The notes beneath the pieces were generated by a model that worked only from the letters and a program-made list of their open reading frames with translations, ran no database searches and was not told the DNA's origin. Shown piece by piece: positions 48,128 through 57,304 of a stretch of DNA of 64,000 bases. The stretch is from Spirochaetia bacterium (GTDB lineage: Bacteria > Spirochaetota > Spirochaetia > SP-2023), in assembly GCA_965263295.1 (NCBI GenBank), contig OZ253665.1:1984001-2048000 (forward strand), in the 5' to 3' direction. Every line of letters begins with the position of its first letter. Within the stretch, counting starts at the first letter, position 1. Position numbers and translations under genes: made by a program.

Positions 48128-49642
48128 CTAACTAGCTTTCTCCTCAATTTGACTCAGCTTAGTGCGCAATTGTAAAAGACGTAAATTATCAGGATAAAAA
48201 TTTAACCCAGTCGTCAAAATACGCTCGGCATCACGGTAGGCCCCGGCATTTATCCTGGCTACCGATTGATTATAGATATTTATAACATGGGTATTTTCAA
48301 CACTAGATTCCATTTTATGGAAAAATACGGTATCGCGTAAAGTCTTCGGATAGTTGGCCAATATTTTAGCCGCCTTATCGAACTTTTTGTTGCGCAATAA
48401 TAAATTCAGTTCATTACCGTACAAAACTTGGTATACTTCCTTCATGCTGCCCCGGCTTAAAATATCGCCCTCAGCAAGGCCCTTGACTTCTATAAGCTTA
48501 GTTTCAAAACTCAAAGAAGATGAATTAACAATATTTTCTAATTGTTTCTTTTGAAGAATGCCAAGCAGTTTACGCTGATTTTGTTTATTTAACAGCTGCT
48601 TGGCATTAAAATTAGCAAGACGCTTTTCTGCACTAAGATATTCACCTTTCTCGACTAGGCTCAAAACCGAATTGTAAGCAATTACATTGCGTATTTCGCG
48701 AAGAATCTCGCGTTCACCATATGTCTGCAACACGACGTCTGTAAATTCTAACGATTGGTCCACTTGCCCAGACTGGCTTAAATTAAAACTGTACTGAGAA
48801 ACCATAGAGAAAAAATCTTGAATATCTTGCTCAGCCTGGGTAAGAGTAGCCAAATCTGCCGCCAATGGTATCATCTGTTCCAAGACGCGGTAATTCTGGT
48901 TGCTTTGGTTTAAAACATAAAGGCGATTCTGCAAAATCAAACTGACAAACTCGGCATCACTCAAAAGCTTACTTTCACGGTACTTATTCTTCGGAACATA
49001 GACTAGGCCCGTCGTGGATGTAAACGAATCCATAAACTCTTTATTATAACCGGGATCAAAACCATACTTTGATGTTGTTTCCACATAGATATTTCGCCCG
49101 TCTGGCCCGATTAAGTTGACAAATGCATGGTCGTATGTTCCCACCCCCATAGCTTCAAAACCAAGGGCCCTAGACAAAACCAGATATAGAGCTGCCGAAG
49201 AGACACAATTAAATATACCATTCTGGAATAAAACATCCAAACGGGTTTGTAAAGCCTCATACCGTGTCAGAAAACCAAACATATAACGCAAAATCTCTTC
49301 ACCTCTCTCATAATCAGTATCTAGCGGCTCCAACAATTTTTTCAGGTCATGAATATAAGTTTGAACTATAGCGCGATAACGAGGATGCTCCTCTCTTGAA
49401 ACACCCGAAGCATCAAGACTCAGCTCAAGTAACCGCTCCCAAGACCATATATCATCAGCTTCTTTTAAGAATCCTCCCTTTTTCACAGCCGCTAAGAATT
49501 CCTTCCTCGCTACTATCCGGGGAAACCTTCTGCCTGAAGTCGCTTCCTGAGCAGAAAGCCCAAACTCAAAAATCGACAAGACCCAGGTACATAATATAAG
49601 CCCCAAAACGAAATGACGACAAAAAACGGACATAAAAATCAA
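48128..49642 (-). CDS. Exported transglutaminase-like protein with helical/TPR-like C-terminus
   Basis: Signal peptide; FNCVSS...DHAFV...VETT putative catalytic residues. Confidence 0.7.
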   Translation of the reverse strand: MIFMSVFCRHFVLGLILCTWVLSIFEFGLSAQEATSGRRFPRIVARKEFLAAVKKGGFLKEADDIWSWERLLELSLDASGVSREEHPRYRAIVQTYIHDLKKLLEPLDTDYERGEEILRYMFGFLTRYEALQTRLDVLFQNGIFNCVSSAALYLVLSRALGFEAMGVGTYDHAFVNLIGPDGRNIYVETTSKYGFDPGYNKEFMDSFTSTTGLVYVPKNKYRESKLLSDAEFVSLILQNRLYVLNQSNQNYRVLEQMIPLAADLATLTQAEQDIQDFFSMVSQYSFNLSQSGQVDQSLEFTDVVLQTYGEREILREIRNVIAYNSVLSLVEKGEYLSAEKRLANFNAKQLLNKQNQRKLLGILQKKQLENIVNSSSLSFETKLIEVKGLAEGDILSRGSMKEVYQVLYGNELNLLLRNKKFDKAAKILANYPKTLRDTVFFHKMESSVENTHVINIYNQSVARINAGAYRDAERILTTGLNFYPDNLRLLQLRTKLSQIEEKAS

Positions 49643-50120
49643 ACCTCAACAGACGGGATAACACGGCTACTTAAAAACACGAAGTAACAGGCACGACAAA
49701 GAAAACATAATACTACAAAAAACCATGGGGAAAAGCGAGGATAAAAGAACAAAGCATAATTCTTCCTAAGGAATATAACTGTATTGTTTATATGTAAATA
49801 TAAAATTATCCCAGCTAAAAACAATGCCAACAAATACATCAATACTTATATAAAAATTTTGATGTATGAGAAGCGTAAGATCAAAAAGAAACAAGCTACT
49901 CGTAAGCTGTTACAAAGGTATAACAGACTCTTCACAAGAACTTTATTTGCTTTATATAAAAAAAGATATGATCCAAAAATCAATTAAATTTTTTAAATTA
50001 TTTCTCTTGTTTCAAGCCACTCATTTCGCTACATTTCTCCTTGAGGGACGGGGAACAATTTATAGTACACATCCGTGTACGACCGGTCTCCACTCGACTA
50101 CACGTAGAGCGGAGCATTTG

Positions 50121-51485
50121 ATGGAGAATACAGAATTTATTCAGTTGTATAACGAATTCAAAGCGGAACAAAGCGATGATTTTCATTTTCAACTATTGTC
50201 TGAAATGATTGATATTGGATATATTCAGGGAAACCGAATAACCCTGAAAGCGCAAAACGAGTTTAGCCGAGATAATTTTAAAGCACGCTATTTATTGTCT
50301 TTGCAAAAAAAGGTTTTACAGAAAACAAAAAATGCTCTGCTAGAAATCATATTGGAGCGGCAGGCAAAAAGCTCGGCAGATTCATCCATTGAAGCCGTGC
50401 AAACGCAAGCTTTATCATCTCGTATTCCCTACACTCAAGAATTTCAATTCGGTGGTAGCAGTCGCAGTGCCGACAATATCGACTATAAGCAAACATTTAT
50501 CAATTACGTTGAAGGTAATCACAACCGCTGGGCTATTGCTGTCGGCAAAGCATTGAGCAAAGAAAAAAATGAAAGTTATAATCCTTTCTTTGTCTGGGGA
50601 AATGTGGGCCTAGGTAAGACTCATTTACTTCATGCCATAGGAAATGCTTGCAAAGATCGCCACCAAAAAGTTCAATATACCAATACGGAAACGTTCTTTA
50701 ATAATTTCGTTCGGTCTATCAAAACAAATAAACAGGAATATTTTAAAAAAAAATATCGCAATGTAGACGTCCTCTTGTTTGACGATATTCATGACTTGAA
50801 GAAAAAAAATGCTGCGCAGGAAGAGCTTTTTTATATTTTTGAGCATTTTAGGCAAGAGGGAAAACAGCTGGTCTTTACTTGCGATCGGCCTCCACACGAG
50901 CTCAAGGAATTTACCGAGCGTCTGCTCAGTCGCTTGAAAAGCGGTACGAACGTCAGCATTGGGCAACCTTCTTACGAAGTCCGTTTAGCGATTTTAGAGG
51001 CTAAGTCCTCAGAGCTAGGTCTCGGCTTATCGCAAGAGCTATTACAGTTTCTTGCTGAAAATATCAGCGATTCCATTCGAGATTTACATGGATCATTAAA
51101 AAAAATACATACGCTTACCGGTTTACTTGGCCAACAAATTGACGTTGCCATGGCTAGTCGGGAATTGCAAGAATTCTTTGGCAGCCGGCAAAAGCCAGTC
51201 TTAGTGCGAAATATTCAAACTCATGTCGCTAATTACTATAATTTGGAACTTGCCGATATTTTGGGGAAACGGCGCAATGCCAATATCGCTTTAGCCAGGC
51301 AGGTGGCCATGTTTCTATCGCGAGAGCTAACTCCCTTGTCGACTACTGAGCTGGGTCAAGAATTTAACCGTGATCATGCCACTGTAATTACAGGCGTACG
51401 CAAGATTAAGAAAATACGAGAAAATGATCAGAAATTTGCCAGTGAATTGGATTGCTTGAAGCGAGAAATGCAGGCTGCTTACTGA
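50121..51485 (+). CDS. dnaA: Chromosomal replication initiator DnaA
   Basis: YNPFFVWGNVGLGKTHLL, DDI, QEELF, RLLSR, RDHATV; GGAG RBS before ATG 50121. Confidence 0.96.
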   Translation: MENTEFIQLYNEFKAEQSDDFHFQLLSEMIDIGYIQGNRITLKAQNEFSRDNFKARYLLSLQKKVLQKTKNALLEIILERQAKSSADSSIEAVQTQALSSRIPYTQEFQFGGSSRSADNIDYKQTFINYVEGNHNRWAIAVGKALSKEKNESYNPFFVWGNVGLGKTHLLHAIGNACKDRHQKVQYTNTETFFNNFVRSIKTNKQEYFKKKYRNVDVLLFDDIHDLKKKNAAQEELFYIFEHFRQEGKQLVFTCDRPPHELKEFTERLLSRLKSGTNVSIGQPSYEVRLAILEAKSSELGLGLSQELLQFLAENISDSIRDLHGSLKKIHTLTGLLGQQIDVAMASRELQEFFGSRQKPVLVRNIQTHVANYYNLELADILGKRRNANIALARQVAMFLSRELTPLSTTELGQEFNRDHATVITGVRKIKKIRENDQKFASELDCLKREMQAAY

Positions 51486-51505
51486 CCTGTGTCAAGGAGT
51501 TGTTT

Positions 51506-52627
51506 ATGAAATTTAACTGTAGTTTGGTTAATGTCTTGGGACGACTGAAACTAGCCAATGAGGTTGTATCTTCGAAAAACTCGGTGGGTTTGTTCAACAG
51601 CATATTGATTCGAGCGGATAAAAACCATTACGTCACCATAAAGTCGACGGACACGAAAATATCATTTAGCTCCGTTTTTGCGGCAGAAGTACAGGAAGAG
51701 GGCGAAATACTTGTATTTTGCGGTAGGTTGATGGGAATCCTGGGAACCATGAAGGACGGAGATATTGCCTTTCATACGGACGAAGCCCAAAGCCTGCTCC
51801 ATATTGAACCTTTAACGGGGCAAAAGCTAAAACTTGAGCTGCGCTTATTGAGTCGTGACCGTTTTCCACATATACCCGAAGTTGTCGACAACGAATATTT
51901 TGAGGTGGGGCAAGAAACTTTTCTTGAGATGATTAGCAATACAAGTTTTGCTGTTTCACATGACGAGACGCGCTATTATTTGACGGGCTGTTACCTTGAA
52001 CGCAGCGAAGAAGCTTTTACCATGGTGGCTACAGACGCAAAGCGCTTAGCCCTGTTTCACGAAGAAGTTCTAGACATACCTATTTTTGATGGTGTAATTA
52101 TACCGCCAAAGGTCTTGCACTTTTTGTCAAAAGTCACAAGCGGAGAAGGTAATTTAAAAATTGCGGTAACTCCCAAGCGTGTATACTTTAAAATTGATGA
52201 ATATGACATTTCATCGGTACTGATTGATGGCAAGTTTCCTGAATATAATAAAATCTTGCCGAAAGGCTCGGAGTCTCGACTCGTATTAGATCGAGAGGAA
52301 TTCTATGAAGCCGTGCATCGTATTTCGATTATGACAGAGCAAGATTCCAAGACTTGTACTTTAATTATTAGTGACAACCATACTTTAACGATATCTGCCA
52401 AAGGTAGTGAAACGGGAAGTGCGGAAGAAGAAATTTCTTATGAAGGCAAACAGGCTAAGGACTTGACTTTGGTTTTAACCAGTCGCCACTTACTAGAGCC
52501 TATGAAACAAATGAAAAATGCTAAAGTGATATTAGAATATACGTCGGCAAAGGAACCGGTAAAACTTCAGGCTGAGGGTGAAGATCGTTACTTCCATATC
52601 TTCATGGCTCTGAGTCAGGAAGATTAA
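51506..52627 (+). CDS. dnaN: DNA polymerase III beta clamp
   Basis: FAVSHDETRYYLTG, VATDAKRL, LIDGKFPEY; AAGGAG RBS. Confidence 0.96.
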   Translation: MKFNCSLVNVLGRLKLANEVVSSKNSVGLFNSILIRADKNHYVTIKSTDTKISFSSVFAAEVQEEGEILVFCGRLMGILGTMKDGDIAFHTDEAQSLLHIEPLTGQKLKLELRLLSRDRFPHIPEVVDNEYFEVGQETFLEMISNTSFAVSHDETRYYLTGCYLERSEEAFTMVATDAKRLALFHEEVLDIPIFDGVIIPPKVLHFLSKVTSGEGNLKIAVTPKRVYFKIDEYDISSVLIDGKFPEYNKILPKGSESRLVLDREEFYEAVHRISIMTEQDSKTCTLIISDNHTLTISAKGSETGSAEEEISYEGKQAKDLTLVLTSRHLLEPMKQMKNAKVILEYTSAKEPVKLQAEGEDRYFHIFMALSQED

Positions 52628-52786
52628 TTTATTCGTTTTGTCGTTTCAAGTTGTCGTTTTAAGGTAAATTTTATGGGGTGAAATCTTATGGAATAAAATC
52701 TTATGATAGGGTATTGCGCTCTCGTCGCAGTTTTACAATAATGCTGCGGCGCAAAGTTGTCAGCGCCTTCAAATGTGTCAAGCAAT

Positions 52787-52858
52787 GCCAAAATAGCTCA
52801 GGGGTAGAGCGACGCACTCGTAATGCGTAGGTCGTGGGTTCAATTCCCACTTTTGGCT
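52787..52858 (+). tRNA. tRNA-Thr(CGT), CCA not encoded
   Basis: Acceptor GCCAAAA/TTTTGGC, D arm GCTC/GAGC, anticodon arm ACGCA-CTCGTAA-TGCGT, T arm GTGGG-TTCAATT-CCCAC. Confidence 0.96.
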
Positions 52859-52949
52859 ATTTTTATTATATATGAGCCGGGCGGGCCCAAATGGCGCAAA
52901 ATTGCCCGAAATAATCCAGCTTTGTTTCGGCATGCTAATCGTTTAGCTT

Positions 52950-54626
52950 TTGCTTGGTTTTTTTGCCGGGCCGCCGTTTCCGGGGCAACTTGGGGAGGGC
53001 TGTTTGAAACCATCTTTGTTCTTACGTGTCATGTGCATAAAGCTGGTGAGTTCTCTGATCTTGTCCGCCTATTTACAGGCCTATGAGCTGTCTCGTAGCA
53101 AGGTGTCTTCTGTTCCGCGAGCAGACGAACTTGAACTGTTGGCACAGTTACCTCTTGTTCCCCATGAAATGCGCGGTTCCTGGCTAGTGACAGTGCACAA
53201 TATAGATTGGCCGAGCCGGCCTGGAGCTCCGATCAAAGAGCAGCAAGCTGAGTTGTCGGAGTTACTTGATCGGGCTCAGTATCTGGGTTTGAATGTTGTA
53301 TTGTTTCAAGTCAGGGATGTGGCAGATGCTTTTTACCCGTCAAAAATAGAGCCTTGGTCTGCCTTCCTTACCGGTCAACAAGGGGAGGCTCCCGAACCGT
53401 TTTGGGATCCATTGGCTTTCGCAATTGCAGAAGCCCACAAACGAGGTTTGGAATTGCATGCTTGGTTGAACCCTTACAGGGTGGGCTATCTGTCTCAAAG
53501 CCGTTTTGCTCCGTCGCATATTTTTCGCCAAAGACCAGACTTGGTGCGTTTGTATGGCGATAGTTACTGGTTGGATCCGGGAGATCCCGACTCGGAAGCC
53601 TATATCCTGAAAGTGGTGGAAGATATTGTAAGCCGATATAAAAATCTTGATGGCATCCATTACGATGATTACTTTTATCCTTATCCTGAGGTGGGGGTCT
53701 CCTTCCAGGATGATGTGACAAAAAAAGCATATGCGGATACTAAGAATTTGGCTAGCTGGCGCCGTGAAAATATTGATCGCTTAGTATATAAGACATATAA
53801 TCTGATTAAAAGTATAAATCCATATCTGAGTTTTGGAATCAGCCCGTTTGGCATCTGGCGCAACGACCAACCTGCCGGCGTGCGGGGATTGGAATCTTTT
53901 CATGAATTGTATGCCGACTCGCGCAAGTGGTTGCGGCAGGGCTGGGTAGACTACATGGCTCCTCAGTTCTACTGGGCACCGGACGCTCCTCGGCAGCCTT
54001 ATGATAAATTATTGGACTGGTGGTTATTGCAAAATAAACAAAACCGCCAAATTATATCTGGTATTAATGTCGCCAATCTAAGGCAGGCTGGAAATGTAGA
54101 CTTTGAAGATGTGCTGCATAAAGTTAATATGCGCCGAGAATTTGGCGGTGATGGTGAAATTTTCTATTCTTTAGGGAAAATTAATACACCAAAATGGTAT
54201 TCAAATGTAAGGAATCTCTATCCATACCAGGCTTTACCTCCTCTAGTTGGTCCTAATCGACCGCCGCTGCCTGCGCCGGGTATAGGAATAAAACTGGAAG
54301 CCGCGCTGGCTACGCACACAGATGAGTCAGGCACAAGTGGGGCTTGGCAATTGAGTTGGCATCCTGAGTATAGCGCTTCGGCTCGCATGCGGGCGCAAGC
54401 ACAAGAACCTAAATATTGGATAATTTATTATCATAAAGAGGGGATTTGGAGTTACAAGATTTTTCCCGGCTGGGTGCGGGGAATAAGGGTTAGTATGCAG
54501 CAAGATTTAGACCCACGTTATTTTGCCGTGGCGGCAGTCGATAGAGGCAATGCCTTGGGCAATATGGCCTGGTTTGGCTCCATTCCTGTAGAGGATGTCC
54601 GGCAGGTTCGACTTGCGAGCCAGTAG
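52950..54626 (+). CDS. Glycoside hydrolase-like 10 (YngK/DigH-type) protein; start uncertain
   Basis: EMRGSW..V.NIDWPS, FQVR, ELHAWLNPYR, DGIHYDDYFYPY, FGISPFGIW, DYMAPQFYW. Confidence 0.9.
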   Translation: MLGFFAGPPFPGQLGEGCLKPSLFLRVMCIKLVSSLILSAYLQAYELSRSKVSSVPRADELELLAQLPLVPHEMRGSWLVTVHNIDWPSRPGAPIKEQQAELSELLDRAQYLGLNVVLFQVRDVADAFYPSKIEPWSAFLTGQQGEAPEPFWDPLAFAIAEAHKRGLELHAWLNPYRVGYLSQSRFAPSHIFRQRPDLVRLYGDSYWLDPGDPDSEAYILKVVEDIVSRYKNLDGIHYDDYFYPYPEVGVSFQDDVTKKAYADTKNLASWRRENIDRLVYKTYNLIKSINPYLSFGISPFGIWRNDQPAGVRGLESFHELYADSRKWLRQGWVDYMAPQFYWAPDAPRQPYDKLLDWWLLQNKQNRQIISGINVANLRQAGNVDFEDVLHKVNMRREFGGDGEIFYSLGKINTPKWYSNVRNLYPYQALPPLVGPNRPPLPAPGIGIKLEAALATHTDESGTSGAWQLSWHPEYSASARMRAQAQEPKYWIIYYHKEGIWSYKIFPGWVRGIRVSMQQDLDPRYFAVAAVDRGNALGNMAWFGSIPVEDVRQVRLASQ

Positions 54627-54640
54627 AAATTGAAGTATTT

Positions 54641-55000
54641 TTAACTTGTGCATTCATTATTGGGGTTGTTTTCGTTCGGCGGCAAGCTGGCTTCGACGCG
54701 CTGAGCCAGTTCCTTTAATGTTATCGTTTCCGGCTCGTCTTCGGCCAGAATATTTTTCAGCTCCATTAGGCTGTCCGTAATCGCTCTACCTGTCTTGGAC
54801 GATAGTTCCAGCAGTTGGAGCAGAATACGTTCTTGGCGGATTAAGGCATCGTTTTGTTCTTCAAGTAGTTCAATCCGTTCTGCCTGTGCCTGTAGGGCTT
54901 CAAAAAGACCGAAGTCTTCATCATCGAAGTCGTCAGCTTCGGGGACGAACAAGGTGTGCATGCGTCCTCTAACAAAAACATTCTTTATCATTGCCATCAT
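54641..55000 (-). CDS. Hypothetical acidic coiled-coil protein
   Basis: 119-aa ORF with a heptad-like stretch, filling the gap between neighbours. Confidence 0.55.
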   Translation of the reverse strand: MMAMIKNVFVRGRMHTLFVPEADDFDDEDFGLFEALQAQAERIELLEEQNDALIRQERILLQLLELSSKTGRAITDSLMELKNILAEDEPETITLKELAQRVEASLPPNENNPNNECTS

Positions 55001-55082
55001 TTTAGAAATCTAAAGAAAAAAGGACAAGGATTAGAATATTTTTTACTTTTGCGGAGAGCTCCATTTCCCTCGTTTTTTAGAT

Positions 55083-55490
55083 GGTGTAGTTACGAGATAT
55101 TTTAAATGGTAAAATTATCTTTTCTCAGTTTAGGAGTAAGGTCAATAGCAGTGCATCGCAGGCATGATATTTCAGATAGGGTTTGGGCGCTATTGGAACC
55201 GCATTTGCCTGGTTGTTCAGGAGTTTGGGGTGGTGTAACAATAGACAATCGCCTGTTTATCAATGCCGTTTTCTCAATCATGCGCACGGGTCCGCCGTGG
55301 CGAGATTTACCGCCTGACTATGGCGGCTAGAGTAACACGCATCGTCGTTTTATTCGCTGGCGTGACAAAGGGATGTGGAAAAGATTTATGGAGATATTGA
55401 TCGATGAGCCGGATTACAAATGGCTGATGATCGACGCCAGTCATTGCAAGGTGCATCCTCATGCGGCGGGTGCCGCAGGGGAATAAACGC
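55083..55490 (+). mobile_element. IS5-family transposase remnant (nonsense TAG at 55328-55330, 3'-truncated)
   Basis: HRRHDISDRVWALLEPHLP...DNRLFINAVF..MRTG.PWRDLP.DYGG*SNTHRRFIRWRDKG.W...MIDASHCKVHPHAAGA, then similarity is lost. Confidence 0.88.
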
Positions 55491-55572
55491 AAATTGCAGA
55501 TACCAAGACACAGGCATAAGCCCGTATTTTGTGAACCAAACGTCTCCTTGCGCACAGTTGTCTGCGCGACCG

Positions 55573-56840
55573 TTATGCAAACAACGGGACCAGAAGACTG
55601 CAAATCAGTAATATGAGGGCGCCTCCTATGCGCGAGGAAATCTGGGCAAAGGGCATTAGTTGCATGCGGTGAGCGGCAGACAAAGTGGCCACGTCACCTG
55701 TGCCCCCCATGTTGGCCATACACAGCCCGGCGGCTATAGCGGCTTCAATTGGGTAAAATCCGACCAGATGGCCGACCCAGCCGGCCCCCACAACGGTACC
55801 GACCAAGACGAAAAAAATGATCAGCACCCCCGTCAGCGTGATGGAGGCAATCACTTGTGCCATATTGATATAGGCCATGCCGATACCGATCAGCAGGGCA
55901 AAAGTCCAGTTCTTCATGGTGAAGCGATACCAAGAAGAGGCGGCCTCGCAGACATCACTTGGCACGACTTTAATAATTTTGAGGAAAGCGACCAGCAGAA
56001 TCATTAATGCGTAGGGATGCAGGGGAATAAATTTGCCCAGAATCTGGCCGGCGACATAAGCGACAAGCGATGCCAGCAAACCAATGCCCAATGAGTTGAG
56101 GCCGGGTGTGTCATTGGGTTTTTCTTCTACGCTAAAGCCGGGCATGATTACACCGTTGCCAGAAAGCCGGGGATAGCGTTGGCCTAACCGATTGAGTAGA
56201 CCGCCCATGATAATGGCGAGAACATTTCCCAAAATCACGTTGGGCACAATGATGGACATGTAATATTCGACTGGCTTTCCAAGAACTTCCTGATATATTT
56301 GCCCCATTGGTACCGCGCCGGCGCCCATGCCCCCCCCACGATCGGCAGGTCAATGAATGTGATGGCATCGCGCACGGAATAACCAAATACAAAGCCTATT
56401 GCGGCTGCGAATAATGTCGCGAATATTACTGCGGCGATCAGAGGCAGCGCAAAGCGTGCGCCAGCGCGGGTCAATAGGTGCGGATCCATCCCCAAAATAC
56501 TGCCAGTGATCAGGGCGCAAATATAGAAGTTCAAAAATCCCCCTTCCTTCATAAAGGAGATGGCAGCTTTGGTTACCGGCTCGGGCAACAATTAAAAATA
56601 CACAATGGCCGACGCCCCAAAGAGACAAAGAAAAACCCCGCCACCGAGATACGTTCGCAAGATGGGCAGGCGATCGCCGATGAAGCCGAGTAGCTCACCC
56701 AAAATCATCAATACCAATAAATTACCAATCATGCCTTTGGGCAGGACACCGATGGCGATGCCCCCCAAAGTGATTATAAAAAAGATCGCAAATATCGGGA
56801 GTTTCATTCCAAATATTTTGACTTGCGCTAAATTCTTCAT
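55573..56840 (-). pseudogene. 2-hydroxycarboxylate (citrate/malate) symporter, CitS/MaeP family, in three fragments
   Basis: LITGSILGM, GGG-MGAGAVP, GLCMANMGGTGD, LMPFAQISSRIGG. In-frame TAA at 56592-56594 and a frameshift in a G8 run at 56330-56337. Confidence 0.9.
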
Positions 56841-57304
56841 TTTAAATACTCCATGTTTAAGCCAAGGCGCTGCAATTTTGTTTTTAACTGCCCGCAAAAA
56901 AAATAGCAGGCCAATAAATTCAAACTTTTCATACAATCCGGTCACCTTTTTATGAAACAAACCGGGGTGCCTGGCATCACCGTCAAGTTTTCGGGTTTCC
57001 AGTTCGTAAATCCGCACATTACTTCAATTGTGGCACGAATTCCAAAAGCCGAGTCTGGCATGAGCCTATTCTATTTCTGATGGCAGAATTTTGTTTAAAT
57101 CCTTTCTTTTTAAAAATACTATTATAGAATTGCCGATTTAGCAACTAAAAATTTCTTTTCTCTGAATAATCTTGAATTTTATTTGAGACGGCAGGGCAGA
57201 CACAAATAAAGCGCCACAAATGACTCAATGGCCTATCGTCCGTCTTTCCGATCTGTTTTTGAATAGTTTGAAGTCGCCGGACTTTTCAAGCCGTGAGTCC
57301 GTCT

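Noticed and set aside
49866..50120. N-terminal extension of DnaA; also ORFs 49639..49842 and 49784..49987
   Set aside because: AT-rich, low-information translations; RBS and typical DnaA length favour ATG 50121.
55328..56594. Stop-codon recoding (TAG in the transposase, TAA in the transporter)
   Set aside because: TAG and TAA terminate normal genes throughout the window, and both genes carry other lesions.
52787..57300. Integrative island at tRNA-Thr
   Set aside because: No integrase and no duplicated tRNA 3' end seen downstream.
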